A stretch of DNA of 64,000 nt, taken from NCBI GenBank assembly GCA_902784785.1, contig CACZWF010000003.1, forward strand, positions 2,129 to 66,128, read 5' to 3'. The translations under genes and the position numbers were made by a program. Every line of letters begins with the position of its first letter. The stretch's first letter is position 1. This DNA is from an uncultured Bacteroidia bacterium. Its GTDB lineage: Bacteria; Bacteroidota; Bacteroidia; Bacteroidales; UBA932. Under the pieces are notes generated by a model, which ran no database searches, had not been told where the DNA came from, and worked only from the letters and a program-made list of their open reading frames with translations. Positions 55,308 to 63,150 of the stretch are shown here, in pieces.

Positions 55308-55861
55308 AAAAATGTCTGCAAGTGCTCCGTGCCGGCGGGGTGATTCTCTATCCCACAGACACCATCTGGGGGCTCGGCTGTGATGCCTCCAATCCGGAGG
55401 CGGTGGCGCGCATTTTTGCCATCAAGCAGCGGGCGGAAAGCAAGTCGCTGGTGCTGCTGGCGGCGAATGTGGATATGGTGGCTCGTTATGTGCGGGAATT
55501 GCCGCCGATGGCCCTGCAGCTCATCGAGGTCAACGACCGACCGATGACCCTCGTATATCCCCAGGCCGAAGCGGCCTTGCTGGTGCCTGCTGTGATTGCC
55601 GAGGACGGCAGCGTGGGCATACGCATTCCGCAGATGGATTTCTGCCAGAAACTGGTCTTCCGCCTGGGGCATCTGCTGGTTTCCACTTCCGCCAACCGTT
55701 CGGGGGTCCCGGCGCCGCGTTCTTTTGCGGAGATTCCGGCCGAGATCCGGGAGGCGGTGGATTATGTGGTGGACCCCTCGTTGGAAGCGGGTTCTACAGG
55801 CTTGGCTTCACAAATCATCAAAGTGGAAATGGACGGTCGGATTCAGATTATTCGGGGATAA
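55292..55861 (+). CDS. tsaC: L-threonylcarbamoyladenylate synthase (Sua5/YrdC)
   Basis: YPTDTIWGLGCD, KQR, STSAN. Confidence 0.92.
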   Translation: MDEEIKKCLQVLRAGGVILYPTDTIWGLGCDASNPEAVARIFAIKQRAESKSLVLLAANVDMVARYVRELPPMALQLIEVNDRPMTLVYPQAEAALLVPAVIAEDGSVGIRIPQMDFCQKLVFRLGHLLVSTSANRSGVPAPRSFAEIPAEIREAVDYVVDPSLEAGSTGLASQIIKVEMDGRIQIIRG

Positions 55862-55862
55862 T

Positions 55863-56624
55863 ATGGAACTTTTCTACAGCCAGGACATAGACGGAACGCT
55901 GCTGCGGCTCGATGAGGAGGAGACGCGGCATTGCGTCAAGGTGCTTCGGCATCGCACGGGCGAAGAAATTTTTGTCATCGACGGCCAGGGGAGACTGCTC
56001 AAGTGCATTTTGACCTCTACCGCCGGTTCCCGGGCGCAGGCGGAAATCGTGGAGCGCACGCCTTCCTGGGGTTCTCATCCCTATCATCTGACGATGGCCG
56101 TGTGTCCGACCAAGAACAATGAGCGTTTCGAGTGGTTCTTGGAGAAGGCCTGCGAAATCGGGGTGGACCGCATCGTGCCTCTCATCGGGGAACATTCCGA
56201 GCGCAAGGTCTACAAGACCGAACGCGCCCGCAAACTGCTCGTTTCCGCCGCCAAACAATCCCTCAAAGCCGCCGTTCCCGTCATCGACGAGCCCGTCAGC
56301 GTCAAAGCATTTCTGAAAGGCTTTGGTCCGGAGACTACCACTTCAAAGGCTCCGCAGGCGTCCGTCGAGGGCTCGCTCCGCCTGATTGCCTATTGTTTCG
56401 AAGATGAAACAGACCTGCGTCGCTCTATCAACGATGTGCTGGCCGACTTTACCGATATAACCATCATGATCGGTCCCGAAGGCGACTTCTCTCCCGAAGA
56501 AGCCCGCGCCGCCCGCGCCGCCGGCTTCCTGCCCGTCCACTTCGGTCCCTCCCGTATGCGCACCGAAACCGCCGCCCTCTTCGCAGTCAGCGCCGTCTAT
56601 CAACACTTTCTAAAAATTAGATAA
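55863..56624 (+). CDS. rsmE: 16S rRNA m3U1498 methyltransferase (start reassigned to 55863)
   Basis: HCVKVLR, KACEIGV, IGPEGDFS, MRTETAA. Confidence 0.93.
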   Translation: MELFYSQDIDGTLLRLDEEETRHCVKVLRHRTGEEIFVIDGQGRLLKCILTSTAGSRAQAEIVERTPSWGSHPYHLTMAVCPTKNNERFEWFLEKACEIGVDRIVPLIGEHSERKVYKTERARKLLVSAAKQSLKAAVPVIDEPVSVKAFLKGFGPETTTSKAPQASVEGSLRLIAYCFEDETDLRRSINDVLADFTDITIMIGPEGDFSPEEARAARAAGFLPVHFGPSRMRTETAALFAVSAVYQHFLKIR

Positions 56625-56673
56625 TATTTTTTATTTTTAGAATATTTGCTTATCTTTGCAGAAAGATTCAGAA

Positions 56674-56976
56674 ATGAGAGTCATAGCCAAGAAGACTTTG
56701 GTCGCTTTTTATACCAAGCACGCAGATGCACAGACTGCGTTGGAGGAGTGGTACGAAAAAACGGAAAATGCGGAGTGGGAGAATTTTTCCGAACTTCGAA
56801 AGACTTTCAATTCTGTGGACAGTGTGGGAAACAAGCGCTTTATTTTCAATATTAAAGGAAATGACTATAGACTGATTGCTATCGTTCTATTTAAAATAAA
56901 GATGGTGTATATCCGCTTTATTGGCACACATAAAGAGTACGATAAGTTATCAGAAGAGCAAATTAAAAATATCTGA
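56674..56976 (+). CDS. higB: Type II toxin, HigB family
   Basis: MRVIAKKTL..LEEWY..FNIKGNDYRLI..IRFIGTHKEYD. Confidence 0.92.
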   Translation: MRVIAKKTLVAFYTKHADAQTALEEWYEKTENAEWENFSELRKTFNSVDSVGNKRFIFNIKGNDYRLIAIVLFKIKMVYIRFIGTHKEYDKLSEEQIKNI

Positions 56977-56978
56977 AT

Positions 56979-57347
56979 ATGGCAAAGATTGAAACGCAGG
57001 CACAATACGAGGCTACCATGGCCCGCATTGATGAACTTTTGACGCTCGTGGATGAGAACACGCCTCTTGATGACAAGAATAGCGTGGAACTTGTTCTTTT
57101 GTCAAATCTTGTTGCGGATTATGAAGATGTTCATTATCCGATTAAATCGCCTGCGCTCGTTGATGTCTTGAAACTTCGTATGTACGAAATGGGCCTCTCT
57201 CAAGCTGCGCTGGCCGCGCTTTTGGACATGAATCAGTCCAAGATAAGCGAAATTCTTGCGGGAAAGAGCGAGCCTACGCTTAAGCAGGCTCGAAAAATGT
57301 CAACTACATTGCATATTTCCCCCGCCGTCGTTTTGGGAATCAATTAG
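56979..57347 (+). CDS. higA: Type II antitoxin, HigA family (HTH)
   Basis: IETQAQYEA..LSNLVADYE..P and an HTH (LSQAALA..SKISEIL); 2 nt after the toxin. Confidence 0.9.
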   Translation: MAKIETQAQYEATMARIDELLTLVDENTPLDDKNSVELVLLSNLVADYEDVHYPIKSPALVDVLKLRMYEMGLSQAALAALLDMNQSKISEILAGKSEPTLKQARKMSTTLHISPAVVLGIN

Positions 57348-57375
57348 GGTCTGTTCGTCTCAGTTTGGGTAAAAT

Positions 57376-57870
57376 ATGAAAACAATAGGGGTCATATCGG
57401 ATACGCACGGGAGTCTGGACAAGGATATCATGGACTTCCTGGCGCCGGTGGATCAGGTATGGCACGCCGGAGATTTCGGCGGGGGAACGGAGGTGTACAG
57501 CCGCCTGGCGACGCTCAAGGACCTCGTCGGGGTGTACGGAAATGTGGACGGCTACGACCTGCGCGACTACTGCCCCCGCTACCAGTTTTTCGAGTGCGAG
57601 GGGAAGAAGGTGCTGATGACGCATATCGGCGGTTTTCCCGGTCGGTACGACCCCGAGGCCCGGCAGAAGATTCACGTGTATAAGCCCGATATTTTCGTCT
57701 GCGGCCATTCTCACATCCTGCGCGTGATGAACGATACCTATTATAATATGCTCGTCATCAACCCCGGGGCCGCCGGACACCAGGGCTTTCATCTGGTCCG
57801 CACCGCCCTGCGCTTCAAAATCGACGCCGGCAACCTCTCCGATATGGAAGTCTACGAAGCCCCGAAATAG
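57376..57870 (+). CDS. Metallophosphoesterase (YfcE family)
   Basis: SDTHG, HAGD, GNVD, MTH, GHSH, NPG. Confidence 0.92.
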   Translation: MKTIGVISDTHGSLDKDIMDFLAPVDQVWHAGDFGGGTEVYSRLATLKDLVGVYGNVDGYDLRDYCPRYQFFECEGKKVLMTHIGGFPGRYDPEARQKIHVYKPDIFVCGHSHILRVMNDTYYNMLVINPGAAGHQGFHLVRTALRFKIDAGNLSDMEVYEAPK

Positions 57871-58000
57871 AGGAATAAAAAATTGCAAATTCACAAAAAT
57901 TTTGGAAAAAATGTAAAAGTGTCAAAAAAAAGAAAAACTTTTCTTGACATTTCGACTTTTCCCATTCCCATTGTCTATCTTGCGCGCCAAAATTGTGCGT

Positions 58001-58705
58001 ATGGAGACAAAAGAATCATGCAATGTCAATGTGGATGCCCTATTTGAGAGAATTTCAGCTTTAATTGAGGGCGCAAGAAAGATGGTGGCCACTGCGGTGA
58101 GCGTCGCAGAAGTGTATACTAAATATGAAATCGGTCGCTATATTGTCGCGGACGAGCAGAATGGAAAATATAGGGCCGCCTATGGAAAACAAGTTCTGAA
58201 ATGTCTTGCCGATAGATTAAAACGTGAATATGGCAATGGCTGGTCTGAGGATACTCTTGGTCGTTGTCGTAAATTCTTTGAGATATATTCAGAACCTCGG
58301 ATTTCCGCAACGCCGTTGCGGAAATTCAAATCACCCATTCCGAATGTACATAATTTCGTTTTAACATGGAGCCATTATCTCGTGCTGATGCGCGTTGAAA
58401 ATGCAGATGCGCGCAGTTTCTATGAGGTGGAATGTGCTAAACAAAACTGGAGTGTTCGCTGGTTGCAGATGCAGATGTATGTCAATTATTATGACCGCTA
58501 TCAGAAACAAAATTTTGAGAATCCGACAGTTGGAATTCTGCTCTGCAAAGAGAAGAATGATGCGCTTGTAGAGCTGACTCTTCCAAAAGAGTCAAATGTC
58601 TATGCTGCTCAGTATGAGCTATATTTGCCAAACAAGAAAGATTTACAGGCCAGATTGAGGTCTTGGATTGAAGAATTCGAAGACCAGAATGAAGAGAATC
58701 AATAA
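58001..58705 (+). pseudogene. YhcG/DUF1016 (PDDEXK nuclease-like) gene with an apparent in-frame internal deletion
   Basis: DUF1016 N-domain (KYEIGRYIV, AAYGK, LTWSHY, FYE.E..NWSVRWL) joined directly to C-terminal MQMYVNYYDR..ENPTVGILLC; middle part absent. Confidence 0.65.
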
Positions 58706-58879
58706 ATTTCTCTGCCGATGTGTCTCTGGCTTGCTTATAGGGCTTATTCCTATGGATTGCCCCTCGCCGTTATAGGGTCGCGGGTGAGCGGAATGGTGCA
58801 TTGTCGAAAATTGGGGGAAACTGAAAAATTATTTTTATCTTTGTGGGTCAATAAGATAGGAAATTTTAAACAACCCTCT

Positions 58880-59821
58880 ATGAAGACTGTTCTGCACCAC
58901 TTTTTGCACCTTTTCTTGGCTGCCTTCCTTTTTATAGCAGCATTCTCTTTTTCTTCTTGCAGCCGCAAAACTGAAAAAATTTCCGTCGGGCAGGTATTTT
59001 TCGATCAGGAGTATTTTGTGATGAAAGTCGGCGAGAGTGCGGTGCTGACGGCCAGAGTCTTTCCGGATAACGCGGATGACAAATCTTTGATTTGGACCTC
59101 CTCCAACAAAGGTGTCGCCACGGTTGACCAAAATGGAAAAGTGACGGCCGTCTCAGCGGGAACCGAAATCATCACAGCCACGACAAAAGACGGCAGTTGG
59201 CAGTCTGCGAGTTGTTCTGTCGTGGTCATAGACGAGCCTACTGCTGTCGATTTGGGATTAAGTGTCAAGTGGGCTTCTTTCAATCTTGGCGCGTCTGCGG
59301 CTGATGAGTGTGGGTTGTATTATGCTTGGGGCGAGATTGCGCCCAAGTCGAAATACGACTGGTCAACGTATCAATGGAGCAACGGCTCATATACTTCTTT
59401 CATCAAGTACAATACAAGCCGTGATTTTGGCCCTGTTGTCGACAATAAAACTACCCTTGAGCCCGACGATGATGCGGCTCACGTAGTACTCGGCGGCGGT
59501 TGGCGTATGCCGACCATTGAGGATTGGGCGGAATTGTGGTATGGCTGCGATTGGAGTTGGGCTACGCAAAATGGTATGAATGGTTACAAGGTTACGAGCA
59601 AGAAGTCGGGCTACACGGGTAAGTGGATTTTTCTTCCCGCTGCGGGCAGCCGGCTCGACACCCATATCGGCGATGTTGGTTCCTACGGCAATTATTGGTC
59701 TTCTTCTCTCGGTACGGTCGACCCGGACTACGCGCGTTTCGTGTACTTCCATTCCGAAGGTGTCTATTCTACCGGAAAAAGCCGTTGCTTCGGGTACTCT
59801 GTCCGTCCCGTATTAGAATAA
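58880..59821 (+). CDS. Lipoprotein with Ig-like (Big_2) domain and C-terminal DUF1566/CLec-like domain
   Basis: Lipobox FSSC; WTSSNKGVATVDQNGKVTAVSAG; AVDLGLSVKWA..GLYYAWGE..WRMPT..FLPAAG..YWSSS..GYSVRPV. Confidence 0.75.
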   Translation: MKTVLHHFLHLFLAAFLFIAAFSFSSCSRKTEKISVGQVFFDQEYFVMKVGESAVLTARVFPDNADDKSLIWTSSNKGVATVDQNGKVTAVSAGTEIITATTKDGSWQSASCSVVVIDEPTAVDLGLSVKWASFNLGASAADECGLYYAWGEIAPKSKYDWSTYQWSNGSYTSFIKYNTSRDFGPVVDNKTTLEPDDDAAHVVLGGGWRMPTIEDWAELWYGCDWSWATQNGMNGYKVTSKKSGYTGKWIFLPAAGSRLDTHIGDVGSYGNYWSSSLGTVDPDYARFVYFHSEGVYSTGKSRCFGYSVRPVLE

Positions 59822-59884
59822 AGGACGGTCGGGACCAGCGATTGTTGAGTCCCCCGGTTGGGGATTGTGTGAAGTAAATAAAAA

Positions 59885-59986
59885 TTTGCTTTTCTCTCCA
59901 TTTGAATGTATCTTTGCAGAAATTATGGATAAGAATCTTCATAGTAATCGATAACGACAGTTCCCGCTGAGGGAACTGTTTTTTTT
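59885..59986 (+). promoter_or_regulatory. pyrC leader: promoter, 9-codon uORF (59925..59954, MDKNLHSNR) and terminator hairpin (59957-59986)
   Basis: TTTG 59885-88, 20-nt spacer, TATCTTTG 59909-16; stem acagttccc/gggaactgt plus T-run; duplicated at 63032-63132. Confidence 0.78.
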
Positions 59987-59991
59987 ATAAT

Positions 59992-61323
59992 GTGCGTATG
60001 ACCGACACTTGGCTCCTTAAAAATGTGCTTTTTGTTTCGCAAGGACAGGTTTCCCGCGAAGAGGTCTATGTGACGAAGGACGGCGTTTCTTTTCTTGGAG
60101 AAGACGCACTGGCCGTAGGAATCGGGGTCACGCCGTTCGGTGAAGGGGGGATTCTTTTCCCGGATAGCGGAGCTTCCCGTCGCGTGACAGAAATCGATGC
60201 GAGTGGCTGCCTGCTTTGTCCTTCGCTGGCCGATATGCACGTGCATTTCCGCCAGCCGGGCTATGAATACAAAGAGACCATCGCCAGCGGCAGCGCGGCT
60301 GCGGCCCGCGCGGGCTATGGCCTGGTGGCGGCCATGCCCAACCTCAATCCCGTTCCCGATAGTTTGGAAACTTTGGCGTTGGAGCAAGACATCATCGACA
60401 AGGACGCTGTGATTACCGTGTTGCCCTATGCCGCGATTACTAAAGGGCGCAAGGGGCGGGAATTGGTGGATTTGTTCGCCCTCCAAGAACATTGCGTGGC
60501 TTTTTCCGACGATGGAAGTGGGGTGCAGGACGATGCGATGATGGAGAAAGCGATGCGGCTGGCGGCCTTCTATGATTGCATTATCGCGGCCCATTGCGAA
60601 GACAACCGACTGCTCAACGGGGGGTATATCCACGATGGAGCATACGCCCGCGCCCACGGCCACAAAGGCATTTGTTCCGAGAGCGAATGGGGGCAGATTG
60701 CCCGCGACCTCGAACTGGCCGCCAAGACCGGCTGCCGTTACCACGTCTGTCATATTTCCTGCAAGGAAAGCGTGGAGATTATCCGTCAAGCCAAAAAATC
60801 CGGCGTGAAAGTGACTTGCGAGACGGGTCCGCATTATCTGTTGCTCAGCGACAAAGACCTGCAGGAGGACGGACGCTTCAAGATGAATCCGCCCATCCGC
60901 AGCGAAGCGGACCGCGAGGTCCTGCTGGAAGGCTTGGTGGACGGCACGATTGATATCATCGCCACAGACCACGCGCCGCACAGCGCCGAGGAAAAGTCCA
61001 AAGGGCTTGCCGGCAGCGCGATGGGCATCGTGGGCCTGGAAACGGCCTTCCCCTTGCTCTATACCTATTTGGTGGAAAAAGGAATTCTTTCCCTCGAAAG
61101 GCTGGTGGAAGTGATGGCCGAGGCCCCCCGCCGCATCTTCTCGCTGGGTTCGGCCCTCGACGAAGGCTCCTACGCCCTTTTCGACCTTGAAACCCCGTAT
61201 GCGATCGATGCGTCCACCTTTATTTCCAAAGGAAAAGCGACTCCGTTCGACGGCTGGACTGTCAAGGGGAATTGTTTGTTGAATGTCCATAAAAACAAAA
61301 TCGTCTATGGGACGCTTGAATAA
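59992..61323 (+). CDS. pyrC: Dihydroorotase
   Basis: DMHVHFRQPG, MPN, HCED, HVCHIS, ETGPHYL, KMNPP, ATDHAPH. Confidence 0.95.
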   Translation: MRMTDTWLLKNVLFVSQGQVSREEVYVTKDGVSFLGEDALAVGIGVTPFGEGGILFPDSGASRRVTEIDASGCLLCPSLADMHVHFRQPGYEYKETIASGSAAAARAGYGLVAAMPNLNPVPDSLETLALEQDIIDKDAVITVLPYAAITKGRKGRELVDLFALQEHCVAFSDDGSGVQDDAMMEKAMRLAAFYDCIIAAHCEDNRLLNGGYIHDGAYARAHGHKGICSESEWGQIARDLELAAKTGCRYHVCHISCKESVEIIRQAKKSGVKVTCETGPHYLLLSDKDLQEDGRFKMNPPIRSEADREVLLEGLVDGTIDIIATDHAPHSAEEKSKGLAGSAMGIVGLETAFPLLYTYLVEKGILSLERLVEVMAEAPRRIFSLGSALDEGSYALFDLETPYAIDASTFISKGKATPFDGWTVKGNCLLNVHKNKIVYGTLE

Positions 61324-62086
61324 GAGCTTGTTTACGATTGTTTCGCAAGAGGAAGTGGCGCCGCGCTCCTTCCTGCTGCAGTTGGAGGGGGATACCTCCG
61401 CCATTACGGGCAGCGGACAATTCGTGCAGGTGGCGCTCCCGGGACGTTATCTCCGCCGGCCCATCTCCGTCTGCAACATCACCGCCCCGCAGACCCCCGG
61501 CTTGACCAGGCATCTCACGCTTTTGTATAAGATTATGGGCGCCGGTACGGACCAGATGGCGGCGATGCAGCCTGGCGAGCGCCTCGAACTGCTCACCGGC
61601 CTGGGCAACGGCTTCGACACGGGCGCTTGCCGCGAAAAGGCGTTGCTAGTCGGTGGCGGAATGGGCGTAGCTCCTCTATACCTGCTGGCCCAAGAACTGC
61701 TCTCCCAAGGCAAGAAAGTACAGGTCATTCTGGGTTTCAACCAGGCCTCCGAGATCTGTCTGGAAGAAGAATTCCGCGCCCTTGGCGTGGAGGTGCTCAT
61801 CAGCACGGCGGACGGCAGCAGGGGAGTGAAGGGCTTTGTCACGGACGCGATTAAAACGCTCGACATCCCAGAGCCTTGCGCCTACGACTATTTCTACACC
61901 TGTGGACCGATGGTGATGATGAAGGCGGTCTGCGCCCTTTGCCCCACCGACGGCCAGGCCAGTCTGGAAGAACGGATGGGCTGCGGCTTCGGCATCTGCT
62001 ACGGCTGTACCGTCGCCACCCAGGACGGCCCCCGCCGCGTCTGCGCCGACGGCCCCGTCTTCACCAAAACCCAGCTCGGCTGGTAA
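61307..62086 (+). CDS. pyrK: Dihydroorotate dehydrogenase electron transfer subunit
   Basis: GQFV, LRRPIS, GLGNGF, GGGMGVAP, TCGP, LEERMGCGFGICYGC..CADGPVF. Confidence 0.95.
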   Translation: MGRLNKSLFTIVSQEEVAPRSFLLQLEGDTSAITGSGQFVQVALPGRYLRRPISVCNITAPQTPGLTRHLTLLYKIMGAGTDQMAAMQPGERLELLTGLGNGFDTGACREKALLVGGGMGVAPLYLLAQELLSQGKKVQVILGFNQASEICLEEEFRALGVEVLISTADGSRGVKGFVTDAIKTLDIPEPCAYDYFYTCGPMVMMKAVCALCPTDGQASLEERMGCGFGICYGCTVATQDGPRRVCADGPVFTKTQLGW

Positions 62087-62108
62087 GCGCTCAGGGCTCG
62101 TCTTTTTC

Positions 62109-62579
62109 TCAAACGAGCACTTCCCAATTCATCTTTGTTGCAAGAAGTTTCAAAAGCGTAAAGTCGGCGGACGGGATGGAGATTCTGATTTCCTGTTTCT
62201 TCCCGTATTCAACTTCGGGTTCACCCAGCATAGCTGCCGCTCGCGTGGACTGGAATGGGTCGTAGCCCGAGACATAGCGGGAGGTCCCCATCGACCGGCG
62301 ATTCTTTTCCGTATTGAATCGTTTTTGCAAGCCCAGCCAAAAGTCAGCAGAAATGCCCTCCAAAGCAGAGGCCAATTTGTCTGCGACTGCGGGAGTGATA
62401 TTTCGGCTGCCGTGGATAATGGCGCTTAGGTGCGTGGGCTGAAGCCCGGCCATTTTGGCAAATTCTCTTCCGCTGAGGCCTCTGGCAGTCAATTCCTCGC
62501 CTAAAATCTCTCCGGGATGAACGGGGAAAGCCGCTGAACTCCCATTGACAGCGAACATAATTTCATCGTTTGTTTCCAT
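62109..62579 (-). CDS. higA: HigA/VapI family antitoxin with C-terminal extension
   Basis: PVHPGEILGEEL..HTH..R.ITP..A..L..ADFWLGLQ. Confidence 0.88.
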   Translation of the reverse strand: METNDEIMFAVNGSSAAFPVHPGEILGEELTARGLSGREFAKMAGLQPTHLSAIIHGSRNITPAVADKLASALEGISADFWLGLQKRFNTEKNRRSMGTSRYVSGYDPFQSTRAAAMLGEPEVEYGKKQEIRISIPSADFTLLKLLATKMNWEVLV

Positions 62580-62883
62580 AATGCGTATCGTCTATTTCAA
62601 TTAGTTTTACTTCTATACCCTCTTCGTTTTCTGTAAAAATAAGTCTGTGAACAAAAGAATTGGAAAGCCTTACTGAAGAGAATCCGGAATATTCGTGCTT
62701 GAGTTTTTCGTAGTGCAGGCGGCTGAACTTACTTAATTCATTGATGTTAGATACTGCCAACATTGTTTCAATCGCCATAATGTACCCTTTGAGAAGAACG
62801 GGATTTCGAGCGACATCTTTATATCGCTTATTGCTCCCGGTCTTATAAAGCTCCAGCAAGTCTCCCGTCATCTTTACAACCAT
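62563..62883 (-). CDS. higB: HigB/RelE-like 'plasmid maintenance system killer' toxin
   Basis: LELY..YEKLK..SSVRL..RLIF..IEIDDTHY; overlaps the antitoxin start. Confidence 0.82.
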   Translation of the reverse strand: MVVKMTGDLLELYKTGSNKRYKDVARNPVLLKGYIMAIETMLAVSNINELSKFSRLHYEKLKHEYSGFSSVRLSNSFVHRLIFTENEEGIEVKLIEIDDTHYGNKR

Positions 62884-63031
62884 ACCTTTATTATTTGCAA
62901 AGATATGTAAAAAGATAGAATTATCATAATAATTATAATAATTATTTGTGAAATCCGGGTCGAAGCAAACAAGTTTGTTTTGCCCTCGCTAGCTGCGTCG
63001 GTTTCCTTCCGCCTCGGGAATACAAATTTCA

Positions 63032-63132
63032 TTTGCATTTCTCTCAGTTATCGCGTATCTTTGCAGAAATTATGTGTAAGAACCTTCATACTAATCGATA
63101 ACGACAGTTCCCGCCGAGGGAACTGTTTTTTT
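63032..63132 (+). promoter_or_regulatory. pyrD leader: promoter, 9-codon uORF (63072..63101, MCKNLHTNR) and terminator hairpin (63104-63132)
   Basis: TTTG 63032-35, 20-nt spacer, TATCTTTG 63056-63; same stem acagttccc/gggaactgt plus T-run as the pyrC leader. Confidence 0.78.
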
Positions 63133-63150
63133 ATAATGTCGTTTTGTACA

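Noticed and set aside
57913-57945. tgtcaa...ttgaca inverted repeat upstream of the YhcG-like gene
   Set aside because: Short arms in very AT-rich DNA, single occurrence; cannot be told apart from chance
58880-59862. A complete DGR locus
   Set aside because: No reverse transcriptase, no accessory gene and no second copy of the 3' region in the window; reported only as a possible remote target
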